Shown in pieces: positions 63,159 to 64,000 of a stretch of 64,000 nucleotides of DNA (its first letter is position 1; each line of letters starts with the position of its first letter). The notes under the pieces are model-generated. The model was not told where the DNA came from, searched no databases, and was given only the letters and a program-made list of their open reading frames with translations. Origin of the DNA: an uncultured Candidatus Peribacteria bacterium (GTDB lineage Bacteria > Patescibacteriota > Gracilibacteria > UBA1369 > UBA12470). The DNA lies in NCBI GenBank assembly GCA_964538865.1, contig CAZIHU010000002.1:30163-94162 (forward strand). Reading direction: 5' to 3'. Both the position numbers and the translations under genes were made by a program.

Positions 63159-64000
63159 CGAAAAACCTATCTCAAGACGAACTCTACAAACTCGCAATCG
63201 ACAGAGGCGAAGCCAAAGTCAGCGCAACCGAATCCCTCGTAGTCACAACAGGCAAATACACAGGCCGCTCACCATACGATAAATTTATCGTCGACACTCC
63301 AGATATTCACGACGAAGTTGATTGGGGAAAAATAAACGTCCCAATTTCAGAAGAAAATTACAAGCGTCTCCACGACCTCATCACATCATATCTGGACGAA
63401 CGCGACGAATTATTTGTCCAAAACGTAACTGCAGGAACAGAACTGAACTTCGAAATCACATGCGAATACGCATACCAGGCACTCTTCTCAAGCTACATGC
63501 TTAGACCATCATCAGAAGGTGAGCCAGATTTCAAAATCCTAGTCGCTCCAAACTGCAAAGCCCCAAATCCCTCCGAGTACGGCCTCGTCTCAGAAGCTTT
63601 TATAGTAGTAAACATGCAAGAAAAAACCGTCCTCATCGGCGGCTCCAAATACGCAGGTGAAATCAAAAAATCCGTCTTCAGCATAATGAACCATCTCCTC
63701 CCCAAAAAAGGCATTCTCCCAATGCACTGCTCAGCCAACATGGGACAAGATGGCTCTACAGCTCTTTTCTTCGGCCTCTCCGGCACAGGCAAAACTACCC
63801 TCTCAGCTGACGAAAACCGCCGCCTTATCGGCGACGACGAACATGGTTGGGACGAAAACGGCATCTTCAACATCGAAAACGGCTGCTACGCCAAATGCAT
63901 CAACTTAACGCGCGAAACCGAACCCCAAATCTACGACGCCATCCGCCACGGCACAATAGTCGAGAACGCCATCATGGACCCCGAAGGCAATTTCGACTTC
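63155..64000 (+). CDS. pckA: phosphoenolpyruvate carboxykinase (ATP), N-terminal 282 codons (3' end outside window)
   Basis: ATGA overlap with previous stop; MTKNLSQDELYKLAIDRGEAKV..TGKYTGRSPYDKFIV..GGSKYAGEIKKS..FFGLSGTGKTTLS..LIGDDEHGW are PckA signature regions; missing from ORF track because no stop is reached. Confidence 0.9.
   Translation, partial: MTKNLSQDELYKLAIDRGEAKVSATESLVVTTGKYTGRSPYDKFIVDTPDIHDEVDWGKINVPISEENYKRLHDLITSYLDERDELFVQNVTAGTELNFEITCEYAYQALFSSYMLRPSSEGEPDFKILVAPNCKAPNPSEYGLVSEAFIVVNMQEKTVLIGGSKYAGEIKKSVFSIMNHLLPKKGILPMHCSANMGQDGSTALFFGLSGTGKTTLSADENRRLIGDDEHGWDENGIFNIENGCYAKCINLTRETEPQIYDAIRHGTIVENAIMDPEGNFDF

Overview
Dense bacterial chromosome window with about 60 protein genes on both strands, two tRNA-Ser genes, no rRNA and no CRISPR. 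The genetic code looks standard: conserved proteins are full length and TGA acts as a stop.

Recognisable housekeeping content:
- Central carbon and nitrogen metabolism: ppdK, gdh, a class I/II aminotransferase, and pckA (3' end cut by the window edge).
- Purine synthesis: purL, purQ, purM.
- pabA-pabB-pabC and cysK.
- DNA metabolism and competence: pcrA/uvrD, recA-recX, dprA, xerC, nrdR-dgt, and a PilB/GspE ATPase.
- nusA, ftsE, nadK, ymdB.
- Envelope functions: S41 peptidase, L,D-transpeptidase, O-antigen-ligase-like protein, and two SLH-anchored surface proteins.
- An archaeal-type CDP-archaeol synthase (CarS) homolog.
- An argS 3' end at the left edge.

Many orphan ORFs are interspersed among these genes. 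Gene content, the lack of Shine-Dalgarno sequences and the orphan load suggest an uncultivated, reduced-genome (CPR/Patescibacteria-like) bacterium. That placement is only an inference.

Most notable observations:
1. A 1587-aa secreted, SLH-anchored protein whose roughly 1330-aa body is essentially Tyr/Asp/Cys/Trp/Gly, with no Lys or Arg.
2. A textbook-looking ribosome-mediated attenuator upstream of cysK, with a 23-codon leader ORF carrying four consecutive Cys codons.
3. A roughly 123-nt structured RNA candidate found just downstream of both tRNA-Ser genes, with compensatory base changes between the two copies.
4. Intergenic spacers filled with 7-nt-periodic tandem arrays and a dispersed hairpin module.
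5. Two paralogs of a small basic protein, each followed by a conserved hairpin.
6. A TTTAAC-like box about 10 nt upstream of many start codons, in place of an SD.

Coordinates of non-ORF features were counted by eye and may be off by 1-2 nt. Several ORF-track starts were trimmed where homology or upstream motifs indicated a later start.
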